A stretch of 64,000 nucleotides of DNA, from the NCBI GenBank assembly GCA_041672465.1, contig JBAYZO010000004.1, positions 4,951 to 68,950 of the forward strand. The letters are read 5' to 3'. Every line of letters starts with the position of its first letter. Positions within the stretch are counted from its first letter, which is position 1. Positions 1 through 9,243 of this stretch are shown here, piece after piece. Under the pieces are notes generated by a model, which made no database searches, was not told the DNA's origin, and saw only the letters and a list, made by a program, of their open reading frames with translations. Position numbers and translations under genes: made by a program. The DNA is from Eubacteriales bacterium. Its GTDB lineage: Bacteria > Bacillota > Clostridia > Oscillospirales > CAG-382.

Positions 1-136
1 TTTGCAACAGGTTTTCTGATGTTTCTTCACTTTTATTACTGCTACTATTGTTTTCCCCGGGCTTGTCCCCCCCCGAGCACCCCATAAATAAAACCAGCGC
101 GGCCATTAAAACTATGAGAAATGGAGCTTTTTTCAT
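1..136 (-). CDS. Lipoprotein precursor, N-terminal fragment (gene continues past the window start)
   Basis: Reverse-strand ATG at 136-134 with GAGGGG about 12 nt upstream. The translation MKKAPFLIVLMAALVLFMGCSGG shows a signal peptide plus a lipobox-like LFMGC. It is absent from the ORF track because the window edge truncates it. Confidence 0.5.
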   Translation of the reverse strand, partial: MKKAPFLIVLMAALVLFMGCSGGDKPGENNSSSNKSEETSENLLQ

Positions 137-227
137 TTTTATAACAATCCCCTCTTAAGTTTATGAGTTATATCTATATCGCCGTCCGGGCAGGCGGCCG
201 GCCTATCAAATATTGCTTTTCAAGAAA

Positions 228-256
228 ATAATAACACACGTGTTTTTAAAAGTCAA
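228..256 (-). promoter_or_regulatory. Sigma-A type promoter for the divergent lipoprotein gene
   Basis: The reverse strand reads TTGACT, 17 nt, TATTAT, with TGT directly upstream of the -10 (extended -10). The spacer holds the 8-bp palindrome ACACGTGT (236-243). It lies about 90 nt upstream of the ATG at 136. Confidence 0.5.
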
Positions 257-273
257 TCGGTCAAACGGTCAAT
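251..273. repeat. Three direct heptads AGTCAAT-c-GGTCAAA-c-GGTCAAT (8-bp period)
   Basis: Read directly from the sequence. Each unit matches the CtsR half-site (A/G)GTCAAA at 6-7 of 7 positions, but the spacing is 8 bp rather than 10 bp. On the minus strand the units read as TTGAC(C/T) -35-like hexamers, and the proximal one is the -35 of the promoter above. Confidence 0.4.
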
Positions 274-421
274 TGTTTTATTAATATATTTTTATGTGTT
301 AACATTATATCAGCTGTGTTCGCCGCAAAAAGCTTAAAAATTTGCTGTTTTGTCTTTATTTTTATGATTGACTTGGATTTATCAGTTAATTTGTTAATTT
401 TTTAAATTTGAAATAATTAAC

Positions 422-450
422 TTTACAGCCCTGTTCCGGTGTAGTATAAT
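422..450 (+). promoter_or_regulatory. Sigma-A type promoter upstream of rny
   Basis: TTTACA, 17 nt, TATAAT. This is the only near-consensus plus-strand promoter in the 717-bp gap. It implies a leader of roughly 400 nt before the rny ATG. Confidence 0.45.
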
Positions 451-853
451 AACTTTATATCGAATGTTTTCCGTTTTGCGGCTTGGCGTTACCGCTTTGG
501 AGCCCTCCCCGGTCTGATAGGCTGACAGGCAAATATATCAAATATAAATCCATAAAACAAATTTGTATTTATATTTATATATTTATACATTTTTACTTTT
601 TTTGGCCTTTAATAAAAAGACTAAAAGCCGGCGAGGGGGTTTTCCTTTAAAAAGCAGTCCGCGAAGATTTAAAACAAGCCGCAAGACAAGGCCGTTTAAG
701 GTTTAAAGCTTTTTGTAACATAAATATGCAGAATGCCGATTTTATTGTTTTTATTTGATTTTAAACGTTTAAACTTTAAACGCAAACGCAGCTCGCAATC
801 GCGTATGCCGCCGCGGGAAACATAGATTTAATATAAAAGGAGGAAGTAAACCT

Positions 854-2404
854 ATGGGTCCCTTAGAGTATTTGATTGTGGCGGCAGCCATAATCGCGGT
901 TGGCGCCGTGTCTTTTTTCTTTGGAAAATTATTCAGAAAAAAATTCGCCGAAAAAGTCATTGTATCGGCTGAGATCGAGGCAAAACGACTTTTAGACGAA
1001 GCGGCAAAAAACGCGGAGACAAGAAAAAAAGAATCAATCCTTGAAATTAAAGAAGAGGCGCTTAGAATTAAAAATGAAAACGAGCGCGAGTTGAGAGAAA
1101 GGCGAAACGATGTCCAGCGAATGGAAAAGCGAGTGCTCCAAAAAGAAGAGCATTTAGACCGCAAAACCGAATCTCTTGATAAAAAAGAAGAGCTTTTGAA
1201 CGAAAAACTCAAAAACAACGAAACAATAAAAGAGGAAATAGAGAAAATCAAAGTCCAAAAGCTTGATGAGTTGCAAAAGGTCGCGAGCCTTACCAGCGAA
1301 GAAGCCAAAGCCGAACTTATGCGAACCGTCGAGGACGAGTCAAGGCATGAAATGGCGCAAAAGCTTTTGGAAATAGAAAAGGAATACAAAGAATCCGCCG
1401 AGGAAAAGGCAAAAAACATTATAACAATGGCGATACAGCGCTGCGCGTCCGACAGCGTCGCCGAGGTAACCGTGTCTGTCGTTGATCTTCCGAACGACGA
1501 GATGAAAGGAAGAATTATCGGCAGGGAAGGCAGAAATATCCGCGCTATCGAAACTTTGACCGGAGTCGACCTTATAATAGACGACACCCCGGAGGCGATA
1601 ACGATATCCACATTCGACCCGATACGGAGGGAGATAGCGAGACTTACGCTTGAAAAACTCATTGCCGACGGGCGGATTCATCCCTCAAGAATTGAGGAAA
1701 TGGTTGAAAAATCAAAAAAAGAAGTTGAGGCGGTAATTAAAAAAGAAGGCGAGCAGGCCACTTTTGACGCCGGCGTTCACGGGCTTAACCACGAGCTGTT
1801 AAAACTTTTGGGGCGGCTGAAATTCCGCACCAGCTACGGCCAAAATGTGCTAAGGCACTCGATCGAAGTGGCGCAGATCGCCGGCATGATAGCCAGCGAG
1901 CTGGGGCTTGACACCGCGCTCGCCAAGCGCGCGGGACTTCTCCACGACATAGGCAAGGCGCTCACCCACGAAGTTGATGGCAGTCACGCCTTGATAGGCG
2001 CCGAAACAGCCAAAAAATACAAAGAAAACAGGGAAATCGTCCACGCCATAGAATCCCACCACGGGGATGTGGAACCCTCAACCTACACGGCAATCATCAT
2101 TCAGGCGGCCGACGCCATTTCCGCGGCGCGCCCGGGCGCAAGGCGGGAAAACCTTGAAAATTACATTAAAAGACTTCAAAAACTTGAGGAAATCGCCAAC
2201 TCCTTCGAGGGGATTGAAAAATCCTTCGCCATTCAAGCGGGGAGAGAGATCCGCATAATGGTAAAGCCGGAGGAAGTCTCCGACGACAGCATGGCGTTTT
2301 TAGCGCGGAATATCGCTAAGAAAATAGAAACGGAACTCGAATACCCCGGGCAAATTAAAATTCATACCATTCGCGAGACAAGAGCGTTTGAATATGCGAA
2401 GTAA
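854..2404 (+). CDS. rny: Ribonuclease Y
   Basis: 516 aa with an N-terminal TM helix, a K/E-rich coiled coil, a KH domain ([15 protein letters not shown]) and an HD domain ([13 protein letters not shown]). RBS AAAGGAGG lies upstream. Confidence 0.95.
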   Translation: MGPLEYLIVAAAIIAVGAVSFFFGKLFRKKFAEKVIVSAEIEAKRLLDEAAKNAETRKKESILEIKEEALRIKNENERELRERRNDVQRMEKRVLQKEEHLDRKTESLDKKEELLNEKLKNNETIKEEIEKIKVQKLDELQKVASLTSEEAKAELMRTVEDESRHEMAQKLLEIEKEYKESAEEKAKNIITMAIQRCASDSVAEVTVSVVDLPNDEMKGRIIGREGRNIRAIETLTGVDLIIDDTPEAITISTFDPIRREIARLTLEKLIADGRIHPSRIEEMVEKSKKEVEAVIKKEGEQATFDAGVHGLNHELLKLLGRLKFRTSYGQNVLRHSIEVAQIAGMIASELGLDTALAKRAGLLHDIGKALTHEVDGSHALIGAETAKKYKENREIVHAIESHHGDVEPSTYTAIIIQAADAISAARPGARRENLENYIKRLQKLEEIANSFEGIEKSFAIQAGREIRIMVKPEEVSDDSMAFLARNIAKKIETELEYPGQIKIHTIRETRAFEYAK

Positions 2405-3185
2405 CGTTTTCCGGATCCTCGCGCTCGGCGACGTGGTCGGGAAGACAGGCGTGGCGAAGGTGGTTTCGGAGCTCGGAGGGTTAAAGTCGGAAACCGGCGC
2501 TCATTTTGTTTTGGTGAACGGTGAAAACGCCGCCGAGTCAAACGGGCTTGACGTTTATTCCGCCGAGGCGCTGCTCGGCGCGGGCGCGGATATTATCACG
2601 GGCGGAAACCACACGCTGGCGCTTAGAGAAATTTACCCCAAGCTTGAGGAAAGCATGTTTCTTCTCCGCCCGGCGAACTTCCCCCCCCTCTGCCCCGGCA
2701 GGGGATATGCCGTTTGCCGCGCCGCCACGGGCGTTTCGGCGCTCGTCATAAACGCGGCGGGGCAGACATTTATGCCGCCCGCGGACAACCCGTTTGTCTG
2801 CGTTGACAGGATTTTAAAAGAAACCGCCGGGAAATACGATATTGCCGTAGTTGATTTTCACGCCGAGGCGACAAGCGAAAAAACCGCGTTCGGGCTGTAT
2901 TTTGACGGCAGGGTGAGCTGTGTCTACGGCACCCACACCCATATCCCCACCGCGGACGAGACAATCCTCCCGAAAGGCACGGGATATATAACCGATATCG
3001 GAATGTGCGGGGTGAGGGCCGGCACGGTACTTGGGGTCAAGGCCGAGCCGGTGTTAAAGCGATTTGTCGAGGGCGTTCACGAACGGTTTGAAAAAGGCGT
3101 CGGCGAGCCCGAAATTAACGGAGCGCTTTTTGAGGTTGATTTGAACAACGGAAAATGCGTGGGGATAAAGCGTATCCGCCGCTAA
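2394..3185 (+). CDS. ymdB: YmdB-family metallophosphoesterase (2',3'-cyclic-nucleotide phosphodiesterase type)
   Basis: Motifs [20 protein letters not shown] and [10 protein letters not shown]. It follows rny as in Bacillus subtilis. The ORF-track start at 2388 is TTG; I prefer the ATG at 2394. Confidence 0.85.
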   Translation: MRSNVFRILALGDVVGKTGVAKVVSELGGLKSETGAHFVLVNGENAAESNGLDVYSAEALLGAGADIITGGNHTLALREIYPKLEESMFLLRPANFPPLCPGRGYAVCRAATGVSALVINAAGQTFMPPADNPFVCVDRILKETAGKYDIAVVDFHAEATSEKTAFGLYFDGRVSCVYGTHTHIPTADETILPKGTGYITDIGMCGVRAGTVLGVKAEPVLKRFVEGVHERFEKGVGEPEINGALFEVDLNNGKCVGIKRIRR

Positions 3186-3232
3186 ATGTTATTAATTGAA
3201 AATATATAACGTACAAATGAAAGGGAAAAACA

Positions 3233-3559
3233 ATGCCGGAAATAGTAAGGCTATTGGCCGATAACAACACAAATCAGGACGGGTCGATATGGACCACGCT
3301 ATTGACTTTCGCGCCGTTTGTGGTTTTAATAGCGGTCTTTTACTTTTTTATGATACGCCCCCAGAACAAGCGCCAGCGCGAAACGGAATCCATGAGAGAA
3401 TCCGTAATGCGGGGCGATGTTGTTACCACCGTGGGCGGGATTGTCGGGGTCGTCATCGTGGTTAAAGACAATAATATACTCCTTGAGACAAGCGGAGATA
3501 AAACCCGTATTCAAGTGCAGAAATGGGCTATACGCTCTATAGAGCAAAAAGCGGAATAG
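3233..3559 (+). CDS. yajC: Preprotein translocase subunit YajC
   Basis: 108 aa with a single TM segment. FFMIRPQNKRQRE followed by GDVVTTVGGIVG is typical of YajC. Confidence 0.9.
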   Translation: MPEIVRLLADNNTNQDGSIWTTLLTFAPFVVLIAVFYFFMIRPQNKRQRETESMRESVMRGDVVTTVGGIVGVVIVVKDNNILLETSGDKTRIQVQKWAIRSIEQKAE

Positions 3560-3687
3560 CCTTTACCTTTGCCATTGGTTTGGCGTATATAATATAGTTT
3601 TATCGCCGAAAAGCAAAGAAAACGGAAAATTAAAGTAAAAATAAATAAGCTGATCAAAGAATTTGTTTTGCGAAAGGAAGACAGTCA

Positions 3688-5073
3688 ATGAAAACTTATG
3701 TTATCCCACAAGCCGAAGTTCCCGTAAGCTTTAATTGCGACGTCGTAGTGTGCGGCGGCGGCACGGCGGGGGTGCACGCGGCCGTCGCGGCGGCGAAAGA
3801 GGGCAAGTCGGTCATACTCATAGAACAGTTCGGTTCTGTCGGCGGCTCGGCCGGGAACGCCCTTGTAACGCCTTTGATGCATTCTCATATCGAGGGCGAC
3901 CCCAACTGCTCTTATATCACAAATCTTTTGCACGAGGAAATGATAAGCCTCGGCGACCTTGACGAGTCAAAGCGGGCTTTTGACCCCATGATCCTCCGCA
4001 TAGCGTCGGAAAAGCTTTGCGTGGAAGCCGGGGTTAAAATTTTATACTATAACTTCATTTCAGACGTCATAACCGAAAACGGAAAAGTCAAGGGCGTGGT
4101 GACGGTGTCGAAGTCCGGCAAGCGGGTTGTCGCCGGCAAGGCTTTTATCGACTGTACCGGCGACGGCGACGTTTCGGTACTCGCGGGGGCGGAATACCAA
4201 AAGGGCAACCCGGAAACCGGCAAATGCCAGCCTATTTCGCTGCGGTATATCGTTTCGGGCGTTGACATTGACGCGCTGGGCAAGTTTATTTTGTCCGAAG
4301 TCGCCCGCACCGGGGTGAGCGGAAGCTCCTCTTACAACAACGGCATAGTTTACGCCGCCTGCACTTCCACCGGCAACTGGACTTTCACAAACTTGTTTGA
4401 CCGGGCGATAGCGGCCGGCGACCTTATACCCGAGGACAAGGCGTATTGGCAGATGTTTATGCTCCGCAACCGCCCGGGCTCGCTGGCTTTTAACAACCCG
4501 GAATTCTTCGAGGACACCGACGGCACAAACGCCGATCATCTGACAAGAGCCCAGATCGAGGGTAAAACGGCCATTATACGGCAGTTAAAGTTTTATAAAA
4601 AATACATGAAGGGCTTTGAGTCCGCCCATGTCACGGAAATAGCTCCCATGGTGGGAGTTCGCGAAACCCGCCATATCAAAACCGAATATGTGCTCACGGG
4701 CGAGGACCTTATCTCAAGGAAGAAATTCCCCGATGCCTTTTGCCAGAGCAATTACCCGGTCGACATACACGGCAAAGTGCTTAACTGCAAGCCCAACGCC
4801 GCGCCCGTCAACGACGGCAAGCCGTGGTATGAGGTGCCTTTCCGCTCGCTTATTGTTGCGGGGTTTGACAATTTATTCGTGGCGGGGAGATGCCTCGGCG
4901 CGGAATTTTTAGCTCAGGCTTCGCTCCGCATCCAGCCATCCGTGAGGTCATCCGGCGAGGCGGCGGGTATTGGCAGCGCCATAATGATTGACAAGGGAAT
5001 AAAGGCAAAAGAAGTGAACGGCAAGGAAGTCCGAGAGATTATGGAGAAAAAGGGCGGCGTCTTTAAGCGCTGA
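3688..5073 (+). CDS. FAD-dependent oxidoreductase (FAD_oxidored-like, substrate unknown)
   Basis: 461 aa with the N-terminal dinucleotide motif VVVCGGGTAGVHAAVAAAKEG and RBS AAGGAAG. Confidence 0.7.
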   Translation: MKTYVIPQAEVPVSFNCDVVVCGGGTAGVHAAVAAAKEGKSVILIEQFGSVGGSAGNALVTPLMHSHIEGDPNCSYITNLLHEEMISLGDLDESKRAFDPMILRIASEKLCVEAGVKILYYNFISDVITENGKVKGVVTVSKSGKRVVAGKAFIDCTGDGDVSVLAGAEYQKGNPETGKCQPISLRYIVSGVDIDALGKFILSEVARTGVSGSSSYNNGIVYAACTSTGNWTFTNLFDRAIAAGDLIPEDKAYWQMFMLRNRPGSLAFNNPEFFEDTDGTNADHLTRAQIEGKTAIIRQLKFYKKYMKGFESAHVTEIAPMVGVRETRHIKTEYVLTGEDLISRKKFPDAFCQSNYPVDIHGKVLNCKPNAAPVNDGKPWYEVPFRSLIVAGFDNLFVAGRCLGAEFLAQASLRIQPSVRSSGEAAGIGSAIMIDKGIKAKEVNGKEVREIMEKKGGVFKR

Positions 5074-5087
5074 CCCGTGAAATACTA

Positions 5088-5570
5088 ATGAGCGCTAAGT
5101 ATTATTCGCTAACCTTTGACACCCCTATCGGGAAGCTCTGCCCTGTCTCGGACGGAAAGTACATAACGGAAATCCTATTCGGCGGCTGCCCGGGCTGTTT
5201 TGAGAACGGGGAAAGTGTCTTGGTTTTGCAAAACGCGAAGACCCAAATAAACGAATACCTTGCCGGAAAAAGGATTGCTTTTGATTTGCCTATACGATTT
5301 ATTTCCGGCACTCCTTTCCAAAAAGATGTGTGGAACGCCATAAAATCCATACCCTACGGGCAAACGGCCTCATACGGCAGTCTTGCCATAAACATAAACC
5401 GTCCGAGAGCGTACAGGGCGGTGGGAACCGCTTGCTCCGCCAATACGCTCCCCCTTATTATCCCCTGCCACAGGGTGGTCGCGTCACGCGGGGAGGGCGG
5501 TTTTACGGGCGGAATGCATATTAAAAGGTTTTTGTTAAGCCTTGAGGAAAAATATTTAAACCTAAAATAA
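5088..5570 (+). CDS. ogt: Methylated-DNA--protein-cysteine methyltransferase
   Basis: 160 aa with the active site IIPCHRVV and the preceding YG motif region (IPYGQTASYG). Confidence 0.85.
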   Translation: MSAKYYSLTFDTPIGKLCPVSDGKYITEILFGGCPGCFENGESVLVLQNAKTQINEYLAGKRIAFDLPIRFISGTPFQKDVWNAIKSIPYGQTASYGSLAININRPRAYRAVGTACSANTLPLIIPCHRVVASRGEGGFTGGMHIKRFLLSLEEKYLNLK

Positions 5571-5596
5571 AAGCCATACCGCCGCCGGCCAAATTA

Positions 5597-5625
5597 TTGA
5601 CAAAAGTGGTTTTTTATGCTATTAT
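5597..5625 (+). promoter_or_regulatory. Sigma-A type promoter of the pilus operon
   Basis: TTGACA, 17 nt, TATTAT, with TGC directly upstream of the -10 (TGnTATTAT). It lies about 100 nt upstream of the first pilin-like gene. Confidence 0.55.
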
Positions 5626-5728
5626 TTCCTCAATAACTAACTATTTTACTTCGCCGTCATGATATGCCAGCCCAAACGGAATACTTATGGCGGCGGCAAA
5701 ATTTGGTCCGCGGGGGTAAAGGCTAAGA

Positions 5729-6286
5729 ATGAAAAAGTGCTTCAGACAAGAGTTTACTATATTTAGGCTAACGGTCGCGGTCGCCGTCATATCCCTGCTC
5801 GCGGCCGTTTTTATTCCGAAAATAAACGGAATTATAAACAGGGCGAAGGTTTCTTCCGCGCTTAAAGAAGCGTCTGCCGCGCTTGACATCTACACTTCCC
5901 GGAAAAACGAGACGGTAAAAGACGGCACTCTGATATATGTTAACAAAAGCGGTTGTTTTTTGTTCAGACAAGACGGCGGGGAGCTAAAACAGGAAAAAGC
6001 AAGCGACTTATTAACGGATTGCGGCGGGAGCTATATTGAAAAAATTAAAAACGTTCCCGCGCTTCTCACCGGTGAGGAGTTAGTTATTATTGAAGGGGAG
6101 TTTTACCTCACCGAACCCGGCGGCGACCCCGGCGAGTTCGCGAATTATTATAAGCTGTACGAGGGCGGCGCGGGCGATAAATACGCCTTTATCGATGGAA
6201 AACTCTATTTGGTTTACGATAAAAACAACCTCCCCGGGCTAAAAGAAAACATCACCGTTTGTGTTTTATACGACAACGCGCCTTAG
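5729..6286 (+). CDS. Pilin-like protein with degenerate class III signal
   Basis: 185 aa. The N-terminus MKKCFRQE/FTIFRLTVAVAVISLLAAVFIP has the pilin alpha-1 helix, but Glu replaces Gly at -1 and Arg replaces Glu at +5. Confidence 0.5.
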   Translation: MKKCFRQEFTIFRLTVAVAVISLLAAVFIPKINGIINRAKVSSALKEASAALDIYTSRKNETVKDGTLIYVNKSGCFLFRQDGGELKQEKASDLLTDCGGSYIEKIKNVPALLTGEELVIIEGEFYLTEPGGDPGEFANYYKLYEGGAGDKYAFIDGKLYLVYDKNNLPGLKENITVCVLYDNAP

Positions 6287-6337
6287 GCGCGTTTTTCTTA
6301 TACAATTTTTATTTGCGCGGCGGAAAGGGTTATGAAA

Positions 6338-6802
6338 ATGAAAGGGAAAAACGCGTTCACCTTAGCGGAAGCCGCCGTCGCGCTCGCGGTGGCAGCATTG
6401 TTCCTCACCCTGACTTTTTCGCTTGTGTCCTCTCTTTGGCAAAACGCGAATCTTGCCGAACAGCAGCGCAGTACAAACAGCGAGGTTAAAAAAGCGAGAA
6501 AAGCAATTGAAGACTGGTTCAGCGGAGGTGACAGCGACGACTTTGGCTTTCCGCAGACTTTTGATAATTTTGCCGTCATGGGAAACCGAACGCTTTGCTT
6601 TGACAAAGAGACGGGGGTTCTTACTTCAAGCGACGGAGTTTCCGAGACCGGCTTTTCTTTTGGGGTTATTCGCGAAATAAGGTTTATTTCGTCGGAAAAC
6701 CTGCTAAAAGCCACTCTTGTCTGCTTTTCGGGCGGGCGAGACTGTTTTTATGACATTATGCTGTTTAAAAAAAGCGCAAATTTTGACGCGGGGGACACAT
6801 AA
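6338..6802 (+). CDS. Prepilin-type N-terminal cleavage/methylation domain protein (minor pilin)
   Basis: MKGKNA/FTLAEAAVALAVAALFL, with Ala at -1 and Glu at +5. The second ATG (6338) has 8-nt spacing from GGAAAGGG, while the ATG at 6332 is only 2 nt from it. Confidence 0.6.
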   Translation: MKGKNAFTLAEAAVALAVAALFLTLTFSLVSSLWQNANLAEQQRSTNSEVKKARKAIEDWFSGGDSDDFGFPQTFDNFAVMGNRTLCFDKETGVLTSSDGVSETGFSFGVIREIRFISSENLLKATLVCFSGGRDCFYDIMLFKKSANFDAGDT

Positions 6803-6803
6803 A

Positions 6804-7721
6804 ATGACCCTTGACTTGATTTTTATTGAAAGAGAAGAAGAAAATTTACGGCTGTTTTGTCACGCAAAAGACGGCGGGGGGTTTCTTAACGCAAAGTTTT
6901 CTTGGGACTGTTCCGACAAAGACGGTCTCGCGAGGGCTGTCGATAATGCGTTTCTCGGAATAAGCGCGCAAATCAAACCCCTGCGTGGGCGGGAATTTCT
7001 ACTCTTAGCGCCATGGTATACTGTCGCTTATGACTTTATCACCCTCCCCGCGGGACTGAAATCCAAGCTCCGCATTGCTTTAAAAACCGAGATTAAACTT
7101 CTTTATAAAAACCCCGAAAACCTTTATATTAAAACGAAAAAAGCCCCCGCGAGCGGACTAAACGCCGTATATAGTGTTTCGCTTATAAATAAAAGTTTTA
7201 TAAAAGAGCTTTCGCAAGCGGCGGGGAGACATGGGATAAATATAAAATTCTTCGCCCCTGAAGTTTCTCTTCTCACTTCGCTCTGCGGGGTTCGCAAAGA
7301 TAAGCAGACGGTTATCGCCGATGCTCGAAAAAACCACACGGTTCTCGCGTTTTGCAAAAACGGGGATATTATCGGCGCCGCTTGTTTGCCCGCCGGTTTT
7401 CAGGGGTATTCCGACGATAGCTTTGTTTTGGGCGGTGAAGACTGCCCTCAAAGAAAATCAACCGCAAGCTTTATTTCAGAAGAAATTTTAACTTTCGGGA
7501 AAAACGCGTTGGATTTGGGATATCTCACCTGTCTTGACGAAGTTATCTTTTGCGCGCCGGAAAGCTTTGCCCTCCCCCCATGGGGTAACGGCAACGAAAA
7601 ACAACCCCCCGGTCTTGTGATAATAACAAAAAGCGGCGGGGAAAATAACCCGGCGCAGGGCTTGTTTACTTTAAACAACCTAAAAAATATAAGCAAAATT
7701 CATGGGGTTTACAGGATATGA
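6804..7721 (+). CDS. PilM-like pilus assembly protein (tentative)
   Basis: 305 aa with no TM segment. Its position among pilin genes and the pattern FITLPAGLKSKLRIALKTEI...ENLYI resemble the PilM actin-like family. The ATG at 6804 directly follows the stop of the upstream gene. Confidence 0.4.
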   Translation: MTLDLIFIEREEENLRLFCHAKDGGGFLNAKFSWDCSDKDGLARAVDNAFLGISAQIKPLRGREFLLLAPWYTVAYDFITLPAGLKSKLRIALKTEIKLLYKNPENLYIKTKKAPASGLNAVYSVSLINKSFIKELSQAAGRHGINIKFFAPEVSLLTSLCGVRKDKQTVIADARKNHTVLAFCKNGDIIGAACLPAGFQGYSDDSFVLGGEDCPQRKSTASFISEEILTFGKNALDLGYLTCLDEVIFCAPESFALPPWGNGNEKQPPGLVIITKSGGENNPAQGLFTLNNLKNISKIHGVYRI

Positions 7722-8137
7722 AAGTTAAAGCGAAAAAAGGCTTCGCGCTTGCCGAATGTATTATCGCGATCGCCCTTGTGGGGATAATCGCCGCGTCCGC
7801 TCTCGGCGTTGTCGCCTACACTTCCCGCGCGAGAGAGGTTTATAACAGGGGTTTTATGTCCCTTGACAAGCTGAGGGCGCTTTATGTCTGTCACCGCTCG
7901 GGGGATTTTAAAACGGCGGGGGCGCTTTTAACCGGGCTTGAAATAAACGAAAACGATGACGGGGTCTTTGTGTTTTATTTTGACAAGTCAGGCCAAAACG
8001 CTCTCCCAGAAAGCTTTGACTTTAAAATAACAGTCTTCGGCGGACAGGACTTTTTCGGGGTGATTTATGACAGCCGCGGGAAGGTAATTTATCAAACCCC
8101 AAAATTCGGGGAGATCGGGGGGAGCAATGACGGCTAA
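7718..8137 (+). CDS. Prepilin-type minor pilin
   Basis: MKVKAKKG/FALAECIIAIALVGII is a canonical G-1/E+5 signal. Its start overlaps the upstream stop (ATGA). Confidence 0.65.
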   Translation: MKVKAKKGFALAECIIAIALVGIIAASALGVVAYTSRAREVYNRGFMSLDKLRALYVCHRSGDFKTAGALLTGLEINENDDGVFVFYFDKSGQNALPESFDFKITVFGGQDFFGVIYDSRGKVIYQTPKFGEIGGSNDG

Positions 8138-8471
8138 ATACAAAAAGGGTTTTCTGACGCTCGCGGCGCTGGCGGCGGCGGCCGTGGTAGCCATATTATG
8201 CGCGTCCGCTCTGGCGGTCTCAAACGCCACGGCGTTTAGCCTTGCAGCGGAAAAACAAGCCTTTGTCCAAAGGCTTTGGGTAGACAGCGTGGGGGACGCG
8301 TTTTTAAGAAGTGATGAGTGCGCCTACTCGCCCGAATTCGGCTTTGGGAGTGATAAATACGAAATAAAAATAGGCGGGGACAGCCTTGTTATAAAAACAA
8401 AGGGCGGCGAAACCCTGCTTTGCGTTATTAAAGACGGTCAGCAAATAAAAAAATGGTCATACGGGGAGTAA
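8127..8471 (+). CDS. Pilin-like protein lacking Glu+5
   Basis: MTAKYKKG/FLTLAALAAAAVVAIL has Gly at -1 but Ala at +5, as in GspK/ComGF-type minor pilins. It overlaps the upstream gene by 11 nt. Confidence 0.5.
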   Translation: MTAKYKKGFLTLAALAAAAVVAILCASALAVSNATAFSLAAEKQAFVQRLWVDSVGDAFLRSDECAYSPEFGFGSDKYEIKIGGDSLVIKTKGGETLLCVIKDGQQIKKWSYGE

Positions 8472-8474
8472 ATT

Positions 8475-9215
8475 ATGGGGTATAAGGTTTTGCTATTAGC
8501 GCTGTTTGGCGCGCTTGGGTTTGTTATGGGATGGTTTTTGAATTTTGTAATTTATAAATTTCAAAAAAGCGAAAAGGACGGCGATATTGCCCTAACGCGG
8601 GAAAAAGCTTCGTTTCTGTCCGAGTTTTTAAAGAGAAAGTATAGTTTTTTCGGCAAGGCAATATCTGTTGGGCAGTTTTCCGTCTGCCTTATAAACTCGG
8701 TTTTATGGATTGGCTGCGCTTATTTCTTTTACGGCAATACTTTGGCCGTGGTTGTAAATTCCCTTATGGTCTCCTGCCTTATTTGTATCTCATACATTGA
8801 CGCCGCGACGCTTTTGATCCCCGATATTCTGCTTGCCGTATTTGGGGCTGCCTGCTTAGCGCGCTTTATTGTAAACGGAATTGAGTTGTGGAAAAACGCG
8901 TTTTTAGGGCTGGCGCTGATGCTGCTGCTTACGGGGATAGCCTATATAGCCGGGCGCTTGGTGTATAAAATACAGCCGCTTGGCGAGGGGGATATTATTT
9001 TAATGGCGGTGAGCGGGTTTGCCCTCGGTTATCAAAAAGCGCTGCTTTCGCTTTTGGCGGCGTCGCTGCTTGCCTCGGGCGTAATGTTTTTTCAAAATCT
9101 GCTTGAGCGCGGGAGCGGCAGACGTCACGCCTTCGCGCCGTTTATATCGGTTGGGGTGGCGCTCATGCTGTTTTTCGGCGATAAGCTTGTCCTTGCCTTT
9201 TTTGGGTCAATATAA
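8475..9215 (+). CDS. pilD: Prepilin peptidase (A24 family)
   Basis: A 246-aa polytopic membrane protein with the two catalytic Asp contexts SYIDAATLLIPD and GEGDIILMA. Confidence 0.85.
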   Translation: MGYKVLLLALFGALGFVMGWFLNFVIYKFQKSEKDGDIALTREKASFLSEFLKRKYSFFGKAISVGQFSVCLINSVLWIGCAYFFYGNTLAVVVNSLMVSCLICISYIDAATLLIPDILLAVFGAACLARFIVNGIELWKNAFLGLALMLLLTGIAYIAGRLVYKIQPLGEGDIILMAVSGFALGYQKALLSLLAASLLASGVMFFQNLLERGSGRRHAFAPFISVGVALMLFFGDKLVLAFFGSI

Positions 9216-9243
9216 TTAATCTATAAGAAAGGGGGAAGTAAAA

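Noticed and set aside
769-1662. 297-aa ORF on the minus strand opposite rny
   Set aside because: It is Ser/Phe/Ile-rich low-complexity sequence, as expected from reading the antisense of the K/E-rich coiled-coil coding region of RNase Y. It has no RBS and lies fully inside a confidently assigned gene.
6717-6803. Long N-terminal extension of the PilM-like gene overlapping the preceding pilin gene by 86 nt
   Set aside because: The ATG at 6804 directly abuts the upstream stop codon. The extension has no RBS and would lie in the alternative frame of a supported pilin gene.
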